A stretch of DNA of 64,000 nucleotides from NCBI GenBank assembly GCA_963771075.1, contig CAVYSE010000019.1, forward strand, positions 23,649-87,648, given 5' to 3'. The stretch comes from a candidate division FCPU426 bacterium (GTDB lineage: Bacteria; Oederibacteriota; Muellerivitia; Muellerivitales; Muellerivitaceae). The notes below the pieces were generated by a model. That model saw only the letters and a list, made by a program, of their open reading frames with translations. It made no database searches and was not told where the DNA came from. This document shows, in pieces, positions 1 through 10,210 of the stretch. How positions within the stretch are numbered: position 1 is the stretch's first letter; the number at the start of each line of letters is the position of its first letter. The position numbers and the translations under genes were made by a program.

Positions 1-772
1 TGGGTCCGTAAAGCTTGTGTCCCGAGAAAGCGTAAAAGTCGCAATCCAGCGCGCGCACATCCACCGGCATATGGGAAACGGCCTGGGCGCCATCCACCAA
101 CACCTTCGCTCCCTTTTCATGGGCCAGGCGGATCAAGTCCGCCACCGGGTTCACCGTTCCCAGGGCATTCGACACCTGGGTGATGGCCAGCATCTTGGTT
201 TTCGCATTCAACAGTTCCGAGATATTTTTCAGGTCCAGGTCGCCCTCATCGGTGATGGGGATGACCTTCAGCTTCGCGCCCTTTTCATCGCAAACCATCT
301 GCCAGGGCACGATGTTGGAATGGTGTTCCATGCCGGTGATGAGCACCTCATCCCCGGTTTTCAAATGGGCCCTTCCCCAGGTCTGGGCCACCAGGTTGAT
401 GCCCTCGGTGGTTCCACGGGTAAAGATGATTTCTTTGGCATCCGCCGCGTTGATAAATTTTTGAACGTTGGTCCGAACGCCCTCATAAACCTGAGTGGCC
501 TGTTCGCTCAGGAAGTGCACACCCCGGTGGATGTTGGCATTCTGCTTGCGGTAATAGTTGTCCAAAGCCTTGATCACAGTCAGGGGCTTCTGCGTGGTCG
601 CGGCGTTGTCTAAATAAACCAGAGGCTTGTCGTGCACGGTCGAGGACAGGATGGGAAATTCCTGTCGGATTTTAACTAAATCAAAAGGTTTCGTTGTTTC
701 ACTGTTGATTTCATTTTGGTCTTTCTTGGTGTCTTGGTGTCTTGGTGGTGGATTCGGGTTTGTAACGTTCAT
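1..772 (-). CDS. sufS: Cysteine desulfurase SufS (runs off window start)
   Basis: Manual minus-strand translation gives IRQEFPILS...LVYLDNAATTQKP; ATGA overlap with sufD stop; follows sufBCD. Confidence 0.92.
   Translation of the reverse strand, partial: MNVTNPNPPPRHQDTKKDQNEINSETTKPFDLVKIRQEFPILSSTVHDKPLVYLDNAATTQKPLTVIKALDNYYRKQNANIHRGVHFLSEQATQVYEGVRTNVQKFINAADAKEIIFTRGTTEGINLVAQTWGRAHLKTGDEVLITGMEHHSNIVPWQMVCDEKGAKLKVIPITDEGDLDLKNISELLNAKTKMLAITQVSNALGTVNPVADLIRLAHEKGAKVLVDGAQAVSHMPVDVRALDCDFYAFSGHKLYGP
724..750. repeat. (TCTTGGTG)x3 short-period repeat inside sufS 5' end
   Basis: Direct 8-nt repeat; related to intergenic CCAC/AACAC-AAG repeats elsewhere in window. Confidence 0.7.
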
Positions 773-2092
773 GGCTTCTTCTCCCCCATCCAATCCTGGA
801 TCATTTTCTCGATGGGCATCTGCAGATAATCGGAAGGCACCCTCCCCACCATCTCGCCCGCAAAGGCGTAGACCAATAGTTCCTTGGCCTCTTTCGCTCC
901 AATTCCCCGGGAGCGCAGGTAGAAGAGGGCTTCCTCGTCCAACTGACCCGTGGCCGATCCGTGGGAACACTTCACGTCGTCCGCGTAAATCTGAAGCTGG
1001 GGTTTGGCATACACGGTAGCCGTATCGGAAAGTTGGAGGTTCTTATTTGCCTGTCGGGCATCGGTTTTCTGGGCGTTCTCCCGCACCAGCACCCGGCCGT
1101 CAAAGACTCCCCCCGCGTGGCCGTCCACCACCGTCTTGAAAAGCTGTTCGCTTTGTCCCTGTTCCACCGCGTGGTCCACGAAGGTGCGCACATCCAGATG
1201 CTGTTTGCCCCTTCCCAGCGCTAGACCCTCGAACACGCAATGGGCATGGGGCTCGGCCAGGAACGATTCCATCTCGCTTCGACCCAGGATTCCCCCGAGC
1301 GAGAAGACCCGCGCGGTGAACTGGCTTCCCTGCGCCTGGTGCGCCGCCAGTGAACCCAGGTGGAAACTCAAAAGGCTTTCTTGTTGGATCTTGGTGTGAT
1401 CCAAACGGGCGTCTTTTTCTAGCGCCACCTTGGTGACGGCGTTGGTAAAATAGGGCTTCAGGTTGTTGCCCCAATAGTGCTCAATGACCGAAGCCGAGGA
1501 CCCCTCTTCAAGTAGACAGCAGGTTCCGAATATGCGATTGGGTCGCCAGACCGGCATTGCTAGAAAGGAAAACCAGGTGAAGGGGCTTGTTCATTTGAAC
1601 GCCCGGGCCCAGGTGCAAAAAGACCCCGTCTGTAAAAAAGGCGTAATTAAGCGAAACAAAAGGCCGGTTTTCGAAGGGGAGAATGTGTGAGAAATAGCGT
1701 TTCAGGGGGCCGTCCGCCAGGCTTTCAATCAAGCTTCGCATCTTGGCGCCCCGGGGCAATTCGCCCACCGAGGAATGTTCGGGGTTGAAATGGCCGTTCA
1801 CAAAGACCATCAAATGAGCCTTCGAAGTCTCAAATCCCTGCGACTCCAGCTCAGCCTTCACCGCGTCCCGCACCGTACCTTCCTGGGTCAGGTTGAAGCT
1901 GTTCTTGTAAAACTCATCCAGGCTGGTGTGTTTCCACGATTCGTCTTCCGGGGTGGGAAATCCGGTTTCTTTGAAGGATTCCAGGGTCTTCTCACGGGTA
2001 TCCTTCAGCCAGAAAGGGTCCTTGACCAGGGCGGTCTTTTCCCAGTCGGGGAAGAGAGAGAGGTAGTTTTCTTTCGCTTGGATGGTTTCCAT
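769..2092 (-). CDS. sufD: Fe-S assembly protein SufD (frameshift near 1520)
   Basis: ORFs 1508-2092 (GFPTPEDESWKHT) and 769-1557 (KPQLQIYADDVKCSHGSATG) join. Confidence 0.9.
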
Positions 2093-2854
2093 TACGCTTT
2101 CACTTCTTCCTTGGCCTCGGGGATCCAGCCATAGCCGCTCTTTTCGAGTTCCAGGGCCAGTTCCTTGCCGCCCGATTTCACGATGCGTCCCTGGGCCAGC
2201 ACATGGATCTGGTCGGGCACGATGTATTCCAGCAACCTCTGATAGTGGGTCACGAGCAGGAAAGCCCGGTCCTTCCGGCGCAGGGCGTTCACGCCGTCCG
2301 CTACCACCTTGAGGGCGTCGATATCCAGCCCCGAATCGGTCTCATCCAAGATGGCCAGCTTGGGTTCCAGCACGGCCATCTGGAGAATTTCATTCTTTTT
2401 CTTTTCCCCGCCCGAAAAACCCTCGTTTACCGCGCGGGAGAGCATGGATTCGTCCATTTTGAGGGGTTTTAGCTTGGCCTTGACCAGCTCCAGAAAATCC
2501 ATGGCGTCCAGTTCTTCCTCGCCCCGGCTCTTGCGAAGCGCGTTCAGGGCCGCCTTGAGGAAATAGGTGTTATTCACGCCCGGAATCTCGACCGGATACT
2601 GGAAAGCCAAAAAGATGCCCGCCCGGGCCCGGTCTTCCGGGGACCAATGGCAAAAGGTCTTTACCCTCGTAGAGCACCGACCCGCCGTTTACTTCGTAAC
2701 CTTCCCGGCCCGAAAGGACATGCGCCAGGGTGCTTTTGCCCGAACCGTTAGGCCCCATAATGGCGTGCACTTCCCCGGGCTTCAGGGTAAGGTTGATCCC
2801 CTTGAGGATCTGCTTATCTTCGACTTTGACCTGCAAATTTTTGATCTCTAACAT
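2092..2854 (-). CDS. sufC: SufC ATPase (frameshift near 2640)
   Basis: GPNGSGKST Walker [34 protein letters not shown]. Confidence 0.93.
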
Positions 2855-2876
2855 TTTGATTTCCTCGGTTATTGCG

Positions 2877-2911
2877 GTTCACTAAAAGCTAACAGCCAAC
2901 CGCTAATGGCT
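2877..2911. repeat. Degenerate heptamer (GCTAAxx-like) repeat between sufB and sufC
   Basis: CACTAAAAGCTAACAGCCAACCGCTAATGGCT. Confidence 0.5.
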
Positions 2912-2921
2912 GTATTTGGAT

Positions 2922-4372
2922 TTATCCGACCGACCCTTCCAGACTCACCGCCAGTAATTTTTGCGCCTCGACCGCGAACTCCATGGGGAGCTTGCGGAAT
3001 ACTTCCTTACAGAACCCGTTCACGATCAGGTTCACCGCGTCCTCGCTGGAAAGCCCACGTTGGCGGCAGTAGAAAACCTGGTCCTCGCTGATCTTCGAGG
3101 TGGAGGCCTCATGGCCCACCTTGGCGCTGTTGTTGCGCACGTCGATATAGGGCACCGTATGGGCCCCGCACTCCGAGCCCATCAAGAGCGAGTCGCACTG
3201 GGTGTAATTTTGCGCCCCCTCCGCCTTGGGGAGTATTCGGACCAATCCCCGGTATGTGTTCTGACCCTTCCCCGCCGAGATTCCCTTGGAAATGATGGTG
3301 CTTTTGGTGTTCTTGCCCACGTGGATCATCTTGGTGCCCGTGTCGGCTTGCTGGCGGTTGTTGACCACCGCCACGGAATAGAACTCGCCCACCGAGTTGT
3401 CGCCCTGCAGAATGCAGCTGGGGTATTTCCAGGTGATGGCCGAGCCGGTCTCTACCTGGGTCCAGGAGATCTTGGAGCCGTTGCCCCTGCATGCCCCGCG
3501 CTTAGTCACGAAGTTGTATACCCCGCCCTTGCCTTCCTTGTCGCCCGGGTACCAGTTCTGCACGGTGGAATACTTGATCTCGGCGTTCCCTAAGGCTACC
3601 AGTTCTACTACCGCGGCGTGCAGTTGGTTCTCATCCCGCATGGGGGCGGTACAGCCTTCCAGGTAGCTCACATAAGAACCCTCGTCGGCGATTAGAAGCG
3701 TACGCTCAAACTGTCCCGTCTTGGCGGCGTTGATGCGGAAGTAGGTGGAAAGTTCCATCGGGCAGCGAACACCCTTGGGGATGTAGCAGAAAGACCCGTC
3801 GGTAAAGACCGCGCTGTTCAGGGTTGCGAAGAAGTTGTCGTTATAGGGCACCACCGTGCCCAGGTATTTCTCGACCAGGTCCGGGTGTTCCAGTACCGCC
3901 TCAGAGAAGGAGCAAAAGATCACGCCCATCTCGCCAAGTTTCTTCTTGAAGGTCGTTCCGACCGACACGCTGTCGAAGACCGCGTCCACGGCCACCCCGG
4001 CCAGCATTTCCCGTTCTTGCAGGGGCACACCCAGCTTCTCGAAAGTCTTGAGGATTTCCGGGTCCACCTCGGCCAGGCTCTTGGGGCCGTTGGTCTTGGG
4101 GGCGGAGTAATAAACGATGTCCTGGTAGTCGATGGCCGGGTAATGCACCGAGGGCCACTTGGGTTCTTTCATCTTGGTCCAATGGCGGAAGCTTTTCAGC
4201 CGCCATTGCAAAAGAAAATCGGGTTCTTTTTTCTTATGCGAGATGAAGCGAATGATGTCTTCGTTCAACCCCGGCGGGGCGCTATCGGCCTCGATATTGG
4301 TGACGAACCCAAACTTGTAGTCTTCTTGGGTGACTTTATCGACAGCGCTATTTTGGTATCGGCGGCGGCCAT
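2922..4372 (-). CDS. sufB: Fe-S assembly protein SufB (1-nt indel in first codons)
   Basis: [41 protein letters not shown] at 4372 is out of frame by one base at an A run. Confidence 0.95.
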
Positions 4373-4408
4373 GACTTTAAACCGTTCTGGGCTGGCAAGC
4401 CCTGGGAT

Positions 4409-4902
4409 TCAGTTGGGGAGGCTGCGGAAGTCCGAACGAGCGCCGGTGGTTTTCTGCAGATATTTTTGCATTTGCGGCTCGGTTTGCACTAAATCCGAAA
4501 GCTTGCACTTTTTCAGGTAGCTGGAAACCGACATGTCCAACCCCATCCAGAGGGACCGGATGGCGCAATCCATGTTGTGGATGCATCCCAGGTGGTCGCT
4601 CGCGGGGACGGAAGGCGTATCGCAATAGTCCTCGTGCTTGAAAAACTTGCCGGCCATGGCTTCCATCACTTCATGCACGTTGATCTCTTGGGGAGGCTTA
4701 CTGAGCTGGTATCCCCCGCTTTGGCCCCGGATGCTTTGCACCAACCCGCTTTGCGCAAGATGCTCATGATCTTGGCTACATAGGCCGTGGTGAGGGCTTC
4801 CTTTTGGGCCAATTCCACAATGGTGGTATTGCCCTCAATGCCCTTTTTGGCCATTTGAAGCATGCAGCGAAGGCCATATTCCTCGGTGGATGTGAATTTC
4901 AT
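4409..4902 (-). CDS. Rrf2-family regulator (IscR/SufR-like), frameshift near 4745
   Basis: MKFTSTEEYGLRC; VQSIRGQSGGYQL; three C-terminal Cys; heads the suf operon. Confidence 0.85.
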
Positions 4903-5003
4903 TTCCTCTGCCTTAAAACCAAGATTTAACCTCAATTTCCGCAATCTTTACTAAAAAGTCAAGTATAGAGGTAAAGATTGATGATTTAAGGGTTTTTTAA
5001 AGT

Positions 5004-5204
5004 TTAGGGTGTTTGGTTTGATCCGAAATGATTGCTAATAAAAGTATGAGCCTTGTCAATCCAAGGGTGGGTATTAATGACCGCTAAATCCCATAAAAAC
5101 CTTAAAACAAACAGGGTATGGTGCCAATTATAAATGGCGATGGCCAGCAAAATAGCCAGCAGAATCCCTAAAACCGCTTTACCGGTTCCTTCATCACTTT
5201 TCAT
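5004..5204 (-). CDS. Small membrane protein
   Basis: 66 aa, one TM segment, ATGA overlap with upstream gene. Confidence 0.55.
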   Translation of the reverse strand: MKSDEGTGKAVLGILLAILLAIAIYNWHHTLFVLRFLWDLAVINTHPWIDKAHTFISNHFGSNQTP

Positions 5205-5689
5205 TTCAACTCCAAATTCAATCGATCACGAATGATACCCGCTATTCTACCGGGTGGCAGGATATTTTCTACCTTTAGGGCCTTATCGGGTTCTTCCAAA
5301 TCCCGAAACTGGCTCTCCAGTAGCCCCACCGGAAAATAATGGCCCTTCCTTTTCGCGAGTCTTGCCCAGGCCAGCTTAAAACTGCTGTTTAAATAAACCC
5401 AACGGATAGGTCCGCTGTTTTCAAGGATCGAACGGTACTTCGCTTTTAAGGCCGAGCAAGACAGTACAAACAGGGGGTTTTGCCTCCGCCATTCGACCAT
5501 CTTTTCGCTTAAAATCTTGAGCCAAGGCTCCCGGTCCTGGTCCATCAAAGCCCTTCCCTCCTTCATTTTTTCAATATTCCGGGGCGGGTGGAAATCATCC
5601 CCTTCATAAAAAGGGCATTCCAATAACTCCGCCAATATTTTCCCCACGGTGGTTTTGCCGCTTCCCGCGACGCCCATCAGAACGATCAT
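5201..5689 (-). CDS. Gluconokinase (GntK/IdnK type)
   Basis: MGVAGSGKTT, EGDDFHP, SCSALK, LLESQF. Confidence 0.9.
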   Translation of the reverse strand: MIVLMGVAGSGKTTVGKILAELLECPFYEGDDFHPPRNIEKMKEGRALMDQDREPWLKILSEKMVEWRRQNPLFVLSCSALKAKYRSILENSGPIRWVYLNSSFKLAWARLAKRKGHYFPVGLLESQFRDLEEPDKALKVENILPPGRIAGIIRDRLNLELK

Positions 5690-6465
5690 TTCTTGTCTCC
5701 TCCCAAATCATGGGAAGGAAGCGCGAGGTAATAATCCAATGTCTTTAAGGGTTTCTCAAAAGTGAGTTGAAGGTATTCCAGTGTAGTCAGAAAAATCGAG
5801 CGCGCCTGAGCGGGAGTCAATTTCAAAACCGAAGTTCGGGAAAGGGGCAGTTCCAGAAGTTTCTTGATCCATTCTATGGATTGGGGGGTGGCATGAAGAC
5901 GGGACGGCACCGAACCGCCGCAACTCAAGCAAAGCGCCCCGCCCCGGTGGGGCACTAGAACGGATTTCTTCCCCTTTAGGGATTCCCCGCATTCGGCGCA
6001 TTCGGACAACTCCAGCGGGTTACCGCTGTCCTTGAGAAAGTGAAGGATAAATGCAGCCAGGTGTTGTTCCCTTTGCGCGGAGTTATTTTCCCAGGCGGTC
6101 AACAGTTCCCCTACCTCGTCGTAAAGCTCCGCGTAGGGTTCCCCCTCGGGCAGGCATCCCAGAAGGATATCGGCGAGCAGTTGGAGCAGGGAGATGGCTT
6201 GCAGGTCTTTCTTGAGGCCGGGATGGCCGTTGAGAATCTTGGCTTGGGAAAGGCTAAAGGCTTCGCCCCTGGCCTGGGGGTGAAGCACAAATGCGGATTC
6301 GGTGAAAAACTCGAGGGAGGAAGCCATGCGGCTCTTGGGTTTGCGCACGCCCCGGGCGAAGGCCCGGATCTTGCCATTCCCCCGGGTCAGGAGCCGTATC
6401 CTCTTGTCCGCCTCACCCACGGCCGAGGCGGTAAGAACAAACCCCCGGTCCGTTTTTAGTTTCAA
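5686..6465 (-). CDS. recO: DNA repair protein RecO
   Basis: GEADKRIRLLT, ARGVRKPKSR, C4 zinc finger. Confidence 0.9.
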   Translation of the reverse strand: MKLKTDRGFVLTASAVGEADKRIRLLTRGNGKIRAFARGVRKPKSRMASSLEFFTESAFVLHPQARGEAFSLSQAKILNGHPGLKKDLQAISLLQLLADILLGCLPEGEPYAELYDEVGELLTAWENNSAQREQHLAAFILHFLKDSGNPLELSECAECGESLKGKKSVLVPHRGGALCLSCGGSVPSRLHATPQSIEWIKKLLELPLSRTSVLKLTPAQARSIFLTTLEYLQLTFEKPLKTLDYYLALPSHDLGGDKK

Positions 6466-7523
6466 GCTTGGCTTTCCCTTTCATCCAACAGACCGACCGA
6501 AAGGGCTGGGAAAAAGAGGGACATGAAGATCAGGAAAAAGACCGTCGTAAAAATCATCCCGAAAAAGCTCAAAAATCCGATCAAGGGAAGGAACAAGGTT
6601 AAAAGAAGGAAAAACTCGAACGCCATGAAGACCGCCGCGAGGCCCAAGAAGGAAAGAAGGTTTCCCTTCGTGAAATGCCACCCCTTCGCCCGGCAAGTTG
6701 CCCATCCCAAGGAGAGGGAGGCCAGTACGCCCCTTCCATTTCCCACCCACGCCTTGACCGCGAGGGAGTAAACCATCAGGAAAATCATGAGACAAAAATA
6801 GAGGATGAAAAAGGGAATCCCTGCCACCACTAGGATCACCATCGTGATTCCATCGCCCAGGTGCAAGGATTTCACCAGGTAGTTTCCCGCCCAACCCGCC
6901 AAGCGGTACACCCCGACAACTCCCAAGTAGATCATCGCCAGTATAAGAAGGGCTCCCAGGAAATCGAGAAAATGGCTCACGGAATCTTTGGCCATATCAC
7001 CCAGGGAAAAACCCTTTTCCTCCCGTTTGTGACGCCAAAAACCGCCATAAATCGCCCCGTTGGCCAAGGCTTCCAATAATAGGGCCCAGACGAAATAAAT
7101 GAACAACAGGCCCAGGAAAATCCCGATCCAAGAGGAATCGCTCGATGTATAAGAAAGAAGTTTATTGGTGAGTTCCTGCGGATCGTAACTCTCGGGATTT
7201 TGAAAGATATCCCCAAAAGATTGGGCCAAAGAACTGATCAGGGGCCAACAACCGATCAACAATACCACTCCCAGCATGGCCAGGTTCAAAAGGGCCACGA
7301 AGAGCTGGACAAAAAACAGGGGCCACATCTTCATGCAGGCTTGAAAAGCGGCCTGTAAATGCCCCCAAAAAGAAATTTCCGGGACAGACGCCACGGGTCC
7401 AGGCGCGGGAATAGGCGGAATCGATTGGGAAAGGGCTTCAACCGCAGCTGTTGGGGACGGTTTTCTCCGGCGCACTGACGGGCGGGGAACTTTCTTCCCG
7501 GTCTTCTTGATGGGCCTGGGCAT
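6462..7523 (-). CDS. Multi-pass membrane protein
   Basis: Basic/Pro-rich N-terminus then several TM segments. Confidence 0.7.
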   Translation of the reverse strand: MPRPIKKTGKKVPRPSVRRRKPSPTAAVEALSQSIPPIPAPGPVASVPEISFWGHLQAAFQACMKMWPLFFVQLFVALLNLAMLGVVLLIGCWPLISSLAQSFGDIFQNPESYDPQELTNKLLSYTSSDSSWIGIFLGLLFIYFVWALLLEALANGAIYGGFWRHKREEKGFSLGDMAKDSVSHFLDFLGALLILAMIYLGVVGVYRLAGWAGNYLVKSLHLGDGITMVILVVAGIPFFILYFCLMIFLMVYSLAVKAWVGNGRGVLASLSLGWATCRAKGWHFTKGNLLSFLGLAAVFMAFEFFLLLTLFLPLIGFLSFFGMIFTTVFFLIFMSLFFPALSVGLLDERESQA

Positions 7524-7569
7524 TCGTGTCTCCAATTACAAAAATAACAATTAAATTACAAAAGTTTTT

Positions 7570-7872
7570 ACCACCGAGGCACGGAAACACAGAGAGAAAA
7601 TAAAAGAGAATGATTTTAGCCACAGATTCATGGGATACAATTGATTTTAAAACCTTAGTTGCCTTTAGGGCACCTTTAAAAATTTGTTTTTGAGGGTTGT
7701 CTAAATCAAAAAATAAGCCTTACTCGGTACCTCTACCCCCCTTTGACCAAAGAGCCAAAGAAATCGGGACTATACCGACCTCCTTAATTGCCTTCAAAGA
7801 GATTCGGCATGTGGTGATTTTTTAGACTTTTCCTTTAGCTTATCCGCGTGCATCCAACATAACTGTAGCTAA
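7570..7872. repeat. Two interleaved degenerate inverted-repeat elements
   Basis: ACCACCGAGGCACGGAAACACAGAG ... CTCGGTACCTCT/GTGGTG; TTAGCCACAGATT ... ATCCGCGTGCATCC..CTGTAGCTAA. Confidence 0.5.
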
Positions 7873-7963
7873 TATAAGTTTTGCCATCCGTATTTTTGTA
7901 GTCCGGCTTTAAGTCTTAACCGGATCACCCTGTGAATTAATCTCGATTTCGTCGGCCCGGTTC

Positions 7964-8464
7964 CTAGCGGTAATTATTGAATTGTAATGGAACCTTGATG
8001 TCCTGTGCGGACCTTAAGAGCTGCATCACCGCCTGCAAGTCATCCTTGTTTTTGCCCGAAACCCTCACCTTTTCATCCACGATGGACACTTGTACCTTCA
8101 GTTTGGAATCCTTGATCCGCTTGACAATGTCCTTGGAAGCTTCCATGGGCATGCCGCTGACGATCTTGACTTTCTGGTTGACCGTTCCGCTGAAAGCCGC
8201 TTCCGCCTTTTGGAAATCCATGGCTTTGGGGGAAATGTTGCGCTTGATAAGCTTTCCTTTCAGGACATCCTCGACTGCCTTGAGGCGGGAATCATCGTCG
8301 GAAACGATTTCCAGTTCCTTGGCGGTTTTATTCAAGGTGATTTTGCTGATACTGTTCTTGAAATCGTACCGCTGGGAGATTTCCTTCATGGCTTGGTTGA
8401 CCGCGTTGTCCACCTCCTGAAGATCCACCTCGGAAACGACGTCGAAAGAATATTGGTCAGCCAT
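7964..8464 (-). CDS. yajQ: YajQ-family nucleotide/c-di-GMP-binding protein
   Basis: SFDVVSEVDLQEVDNAVNQA ... PLQFNNYR. Confidence 0.95.
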   Translation of the reverse strand: MADQYSFDVVSEVDLQEVDNAVNQAMKEISQRYDFKNSISKITLNKTAKELEIVSDDDSRLKAVEDVLKGKLIKRNISPKAMDFQKAEAAFSGTVNQKVKIVSGMPMEASKDIVKRIKDSKLKVQVSIVDEKVRVSGKNKDDLQAVMQLLRSAQDIKVPLQFNNYR

Positions 8465-8528
8465 GGGTCACCTCCAGTTTATGTCCAAACCGCAAAGATA
8501 TTTTTGTTGTTAAATTCCAACTAACGGG

Positions 8529-9491
8529 TCAAGGGCCCCCGTCGGATTTGGGTTGGGAGTCGGACCCTGCGGGGAGGGTGATTTCCACCACCTGTCCGGT
8601 GGTGCCCAACACCCCAAGGGGCTTGCCGTTGAGTTGGATATCCACCCCGCCGGCGTTGCCGATGCGCAATTTGAATGATCTCTCCGCCTGAAAGGACCTT
8701 GTATCGCCCTGGGAAAGATCCAGTTCCTTGCTGAGTTTTCCGTCATCCAAGGTGACCAATATCCAAGATTTATCCAATGCCTTAAGCGTGAGATGTTGCC
8801 ATTTGTCCGCCACTTCACGCGAAGAATCTTGGGAAGCCACCGGAGCCGGAGCCATTGGAGCGGAAGTCGCGGGAACGGCCGGAACCGGGTTTGAAGACTG
8901 GGGTGCGGACGGTGCCGACGCAGTGGCTGAGGCGGTTTTGGAAAACTGCCCCACTAATTTTGAAACCACGGGGGATAACTTTTGCCAGCCCAGCCAAAGC
9001 AGACCCAAAAAGGCCAGCGCGATGACCATTTGGCCCACCCAGGTATAAAAGGACCGCCATTTCAACCTGCGACGGCTCGGCGCGGTGTGGTGCCTGATCG
9101 GTTCATGAAGCTCGGGTAAATCCTCCCCCTCTTCGAGGGCCTCGGCTTGGCCGGCGTCGGAGGGCCGGATGACCGCGGGCAGGACAGGCCTTGCGCCCAA
9201 GAAGGGGCTGTTCTTTTCCATCTCGACTTCCGCGTTCATGGGTTCGATCTTGACGGGAGGCTCGGGAACCTGCGCTTTGAATTCCCTGGTCATCTTCTGG
9301 GCGTCGAGCCCAACCACTTTGCAATAGGCCCGGATAAAACCCTTGGCGTAGGTGTGCGAGGGAAATAAGTCGTAATGGTCCTCTTCCAGGGCTTCCAGGT
9401 ACTTTACTGGGATGCGGGTCTTCTGGGAAATGACCTCAAGCGGGATTTGCTTGGATTCCCTCGCCTGTTTCAGGTCCGAGCCGACACTCAT
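8529..9491 (-). CDS. RodZ-like HTH-TM-DUF4115 protein
   Basis: VGSDLKQARESK HTH, YAKGFIRAY, TM, LRIGNAGG. Confidence 0.85.
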   Translation of the reverse strand: MSVGSDLKQARESKQIPLEVISQKTRIPVKYLEALEEDHYDLFPSHTYAKGFIRAYCKVVGLDAQKMTREFKAQVPEPPVKIEPMNAEVEMEKNSPFLGARPVLPAVIRPSDAGQAEALEEGEDLPELHEPIRHHTAPSRRRLKWRSFYTWVGQMVIALAFLGLLWLGWQKLSPVVSKLVGQFSKTASATASAPSAPQSSNPVPAVPATSAPMAPAPVASQDSSREVADKWQHLTLKALDKSWILVTLDDGKLSKELDLSQGDTRSFQAERSFKLRIGNAGGVDIQLNGKPLGVLGTTGQVVEITLPAGSDSQPKSDGGP

Positions 9492-10210
9492 TGGAATATG
9501 TCTCCTTGAACCACTTGCGTGTCTTTGGGCGGACGGAACTCGAAAAGATCGTCCTTCAAACCCTTATTGAGCGCCAGGTTGTTAAACCGGGCCTTGTTCA
9601 CCATGGCGGGCGTGGTGATTTCCACCTGGGTGGGCCACCAGTCTTTCTTGCGGACGTCACTTTCATGTGGTCGAACCCGGAATTGTCCTTGTCCAGGGGC
9701 GTGAAATCCAGCACCACCTCATCCCCGTTTTCCGAGGCAATTTTGACCTTGCTGATATCGATGTAGTGTTTAAGTTCTTGGCCCACGCCCAGGTAAACGG
9801 GCCTGGCGTTCTTGCCCTTGGCGCCCTTTTGAATATAGTCCATTTTCTCGGAAGGTTGGTACATTTGGGAGCCCTGGCCCCACGTAAAGGAACTGTTCCT
9901 CCGGTTTGGTGTAATGTACATAAACTTTGCCCGGGGACTTGGTGAATACCTTGCCCTCGTAATTTTGGGTCTGACCCGAGAGGGAATCCTTCATTTCCAT
10001 TCTTAGGTCCATCTGGGCGTCCAGGGCCGCCAATTGGGCCGCTTCCACCAGGTCGGAAACATCCTTCACGCTCAGGACTTTCTTGTCTTGCGCCCGAAGA
10101 AGGCTTCCAAAAGCCATGAGTGCTAGTACCATGCCGATTTGGGTTAATTGCTTGCTTTTCCTGCCAACGGTGGACTGCCGACTGCCAACTGGTTTATTGG
10201 AGATTTTCAT
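9488..10210 (-). CDS. LolA-family lipoprotein carrier (two frameshifts)
   Basis: KSPGKVYVHYTKPEEQ; C-terminal NKGLKDDLFEFRPPKDTQVV; follows ftsK. Confidence 0.7.

Noticed and set aside
17..613. 198-aa plus-strand ORF
   Set aside because: Antisense of sufS
1508..2650. Programmed frameshifting in suf genes
   Set aside because: No consistent slippery signal; indels are widespread in neighbouring unrelated genes
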